DNA of 60,102 bases from Verrucomicrobiota bacterium. Lineage in GTDB: Bacteria; Verrucomicrobiota; Verrucomicrobiia; Limisphaerales; JADLHS01. How positions within the stretch are numbered: position 1 is the stretch's first letter; the number at the start of each line of letters is the position of its first letter. The notes below the pieces were generated by a model. The model was not told the DNA's origin. It was given only the letters and a program-made list of their open reading frames with translations, and searched no databases. The position numbers and the translations under genes were made by a program. Positions 58,501 through 60,102 of the stretch are shown in pieces. The stretch spans positions 1-60,102 of the forward strand of contig WBXK01000001.1 in the NCBI GenBank assembly GCA_008933055.1, read 5' to 3'.

Positions 58501-59127
58501 CTGATAATCGGTGAGAGAAATGGCGTCAGTGCGCGCGTCGTCAGTGCGCTTTAGCGCTTCCTCAAGTTCGGCTTTGGCTTTGGTTTTCTTCGCCGTCAAC
58601 TCCGCAAGCTTGCGTTCGCGGTCAGCCTTCTTCCCTTCGATCGAGGCTAACTCGGCGTTGAGTTGGGCGATCTTGGTATTTTCAGCAGCAGCTTTTTCCA
58701 ACAACTGGCTGGCCGGGGCCATCGCAGCACCCATTTCATACACCGCCATGTCTTTGACCAATTGAAACGTCAGCACACAGATCAGCGGCAACCCCATGCA
58801 AAGCATCATCTTTTTCTGCCCGCCCGTGCGCGAAGCAGTCCAGATGGCCAAAGGTAATTTGAGTAACTCCACCGCCAGAATCGTCGCGCCGATCGGGCCT
58901 ATTCCAAAAAAAGTCACTCCCATGCCTTGAGGCAAACAGACCACCTGTTGATATTTCCAACCGGTTGCTAGGATGACGAACTCCACCACTGTTGCCATGA
59001 CGAGCAGTGGCAATGTTAGATACGAAATGCGTTTGCTTTTCAACCGTTGCCATGGAGAAAGCTCCGTGTCCTGCGCCTCCCGAGAATGAGCAGAAGCTTG
59101 CGGATCGCTTGAGTTGTGATTCTTCAT
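55519..59127 (-). CDS. Very large membrane-anchored coiled-coil protein (3 TM - coiled coil - 1 TM - long repetitive coiled coil), unknown function
   Basis: Uninterrupted ~1200-codon ORF with hydrophobic segments at ORF residues ~51-74, 87-113, 124-141 and ~494-520. The rest is E/K/R/Q/A-rich heptad-like sequence. ATG at 59127 is preferred to the listed 59178. Confidence 0.7.
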   Translation of the reverse strand: MKNHNSSDPQASAHSREAQDTELSPWQRLKSKRISYLTLPLLVMATVVEFVILATGWKYQQVVCLPQGMGVTFFGIGPIGATILAVELLKLPLAIWTASRTGGQKKMMLCMGLPLICVLTFQLVKDMAVYEMGAAMAPASQLLEKAAAENTKIAQLNAELASIEGKKADRERKLAELTAKKTKAKAELEEALKRTDDARTDAISLTDYQKKELSEVETRQANLTKQFNADAEQLTKSIADLRARRDTELPGATKWNAEEARIENAYKAKLAEYTNKKTAYEKEKADYAKASFLLRQLMGQPVDPGVAPERESNTILKPTLFLEFDAQIRAKEAELLAVNNRRRDAIAQVGEDARRIRGDFDRRSLTKRDESDRKREELLAAQAAFAREWKAEEKQIDAELGLAVQKVDGLRAQVDASSKVANGYYEAREAAIRTTQVHRIATTVEIVRGILFGERPLSIKATSKERGDLLTDQISMVRIWVYPFLAFIVAFLPTLMVEVGFSTLFHRDEQQTNPRRSLPVRGLHQLYIRAGRLKMLRAERMVKEVSSQVAARDRALAAAKSEAERRLAEANASAEKAFAEKEAELKTAREAAVVSETKHEDQLKQKEDEWVGKFGSMADSLSKAVAEKDALRDFQKTEIERQVQLRQNSWSDRLAQMSKELDSQRAAQEVERTAMMQEHRKKLQQVSEDCQTQVMQARRQATDAELSAQESTAKLAYDLKEALDDRDAAHAQMQQQTESLSLKLTQVRDEASRDLERALRQEKNRSERQQLDFDKTLRQLGEDFEHRIKQREQEMTLDFETRIAKQQAGFEQDTRRGEEEFERQLEARAREVEARCEQQIQQQDEAAQIRLKQREQQLLAHAVQELRRRESELERQLNELSRESDTRLKQELQQQELELQAKFKQREQELTNKAVARESELQSSWDTELRGREEEWARQTEARVQATDRLLSHELSQMEQDFQTKLKQREQELTSKAAARESELQNRWDAELRGREEEWVRQTDVRVRAAETRLGQESQQKEEILQARFRQREQQIQAEFETRQAELQSQAELSRRRRELELAEVGQRALREQEEQLRQEMLQKEEAVAAKAKQREQELLVQLNAQSEAHRQTKLQWETEFTTLRRNIEPLNEKLARVEQERDEAKQSATEHFHRVQDMEEKLSAASSVLTGWKSGKNSSAPRVGRDVLQAVHIGSGTSGVM
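55669..56769 (-). repeat. In-gene tandem array of ~189-nt (63-aa) units
   Basis: Units open with [KR]xKQREQ[EQ] at minus-strand nt 56769, 56580, 56424, 56235, 56046 and 55857. Units 56424 and 56235 are close duplicates. Confidence 0.75.
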
Positions 59128-59587
59128 ATGTAAACCTTGTAAAATCCGGCTATCAGTCACGGGACAAACGCAGGACAAAATCTTCCAACGCGTGCCTCCC
59201 GTGTGGGAGGTTTCAATGCGGCCCTCCTAAAGCCACGCGGCGACTTTCGCAGCTTACGTGCCGGTGGGGCTCATTTGGGCCAGTATGGGTTCAGAAAGCC
59301 AACAAAGGCCTTGCAGGAGACTTAAAATTCGCCAGCACACCGAAACATCCGCCTTAATTTATAGCCCTATCTCAGAAGGATAAGTTGAGGCATCAGCGTC
59401 AAGAATCCGGACATATTGGGACGCGACTCGAACTGCTGCTCAGGTTAATCGGCCTAATAAAATGGGGAGTGCGGCGACTTGTCGTTGCCCCAGCAACAGC
59501 GCGTCCAGCGATGCGGCGAAGGACATATCGGTCTATGTGACTTGCGTGCGAGAAAGCCATGCCCCGAACCGCTGCACGCGGCTCTGC

Positions 59588-60102
59588 CTGAGCGTCAAGT
59601 TGCTCAGGCAACGAAAGCGCAGTCATGCCCTCATCATTACGCACATTTATCAGGGGTGATTTTAAGGTTCCTATTGTCAACGGGTTGTGGCATAAGCTGC
59701 GGATGCAAGACTCATTGAGCGTGTCCATCGTGAACGAATTTGCCAATGCCAAGTTGGGGGATCGGCGTTTGCACGCGCGATTGCTCCAACTCTCCGAGGC
59801 CTTGGCGGGGCAGCCGCAAGCCTCCATCCCCAAAGCCACTGGCAGTTGGGGACAAGCCTGCGCCGCATATCGTTTTCTGGATCACACCAAGTTCACACCG
59901 CACGATATATTGCGGCCTCATTTTCTTCAGACACGGGAGCGCGCCGCGACTCGCAAGAGGGTGTTGGCTGTGGCGGACACGACTAGCCTCAATTACGGTC
60001 AGAGTCCACAGACCCAGGGACTGGGCTTGATCGGAGGACTGGCTGACAAGATCTTTGGGTTGATGCTCCAATGCCTGCTGACCTTCACGCCGGAGGGGTT
60101 GC
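59588..60102 (+). mobile_element. IS4-family (Tn5/IS50-like) insertion sequence, left part; continues beyond the window
   Basis: Candidate end CTGAGCGTCAAGTTGCTCAG at 59588, parallel to CTGAGACAAGTCTCCCAG at 751. Weaker similarity between the two copies continues ~200 nt further upstream, so the true boundary is uncertain. Confidence 0.6.
59702..60102 (+). CDS. IS4-family DDE transposase, N-terminal 133 codons (3' end outside the window)
   Basis: MQDSLSVSIVNEFANAKLGDRRLHARLLQLSEAL...AYRFLDHTKFTPHDIL...RVLAVADTTSLNY parallels Tn5 Tnp (ALGDPRRTARLVNVAAQL / AYRFIRNPNVSAEAI / AIEDTTSLSY, first catalytic Asp). The frame is open to the window edge. Confidence 0.8.

Overview
60.1-kb chromosomal window, mostly housekeeping genes with three accessory or decayed patches. 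Protein styles suggest a PVC-type (Verrucomicrobiota-like) bacterium: FGE-sulfatase domains, DUF481 barrels, secreted modules ending in RFYR, weak Shine-Dalgarno use. This taxonomic call is inference only.

nt 1.5-11.9 kb is a flagellar export-gate, regulation and stator operon on the + strand: fliO-fliP-fliQ-fliR-flhB-flhA-flhF-(76-aa membrane ORF)-fliA-motA-motB-(99-aa ORF). Several junctions are ATGA stop/start overlaps. No flhG lies between flhF and fliA.

The rest is core metabolism and DNA/RNA maintenance:
- cysE, priA, hflX, an ampG-like MFS
- ruvC-ruvA, trmB, parC, ruvB
- accA, manA, prmC, tRNA-Leu(GAG)
- trpF, queE, a class-III aminotransferase, rsmA
- a class-I fumarase beta subunit, a BtpA-family protein, coaX, birA, tgt, and MFS transporters

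Mobile or decayed DNA:
- an IS4-family left-end remnant at ~751-970
- a diverged same-orientation IS4-family copy starting at ~59588 and running off the window
- a dead IS256-family element at 54175-55456 (G7 frameshift plus internal deletion)
- a methyltransferase paralogue fragment with two TAG stops (33912-34073)
- a doubly frameshifted secreted-protein gene (43318-44217)
- a possible three-frame gene wreck (17817-18747)

Most interesting unexplained items:
1. A ~1200-aa four-TM bipartite coiled-coil protein with 63-residue tandem repeats, bracketed by the IS256 and IS4 elements (55519-59127).
2. A ~240-nt highly structured RNA candidate ending in a strong intrinsic terminator just upstream of accA (39067-39305).
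3. A 66-aa secreted Cys/His/Lys-rich duplicated-motif protein (48072-48272).
4. Heptamer and 14-mer microsatellite-like tandem repeats inside essential-looking genes.
5. The flhG-less flhF-fliA junction.

No rRNA genes, CRISPR arrays or recognisable defence genes were seen. All calls rest on reading the translations and sequence by eye; no database search was possible.
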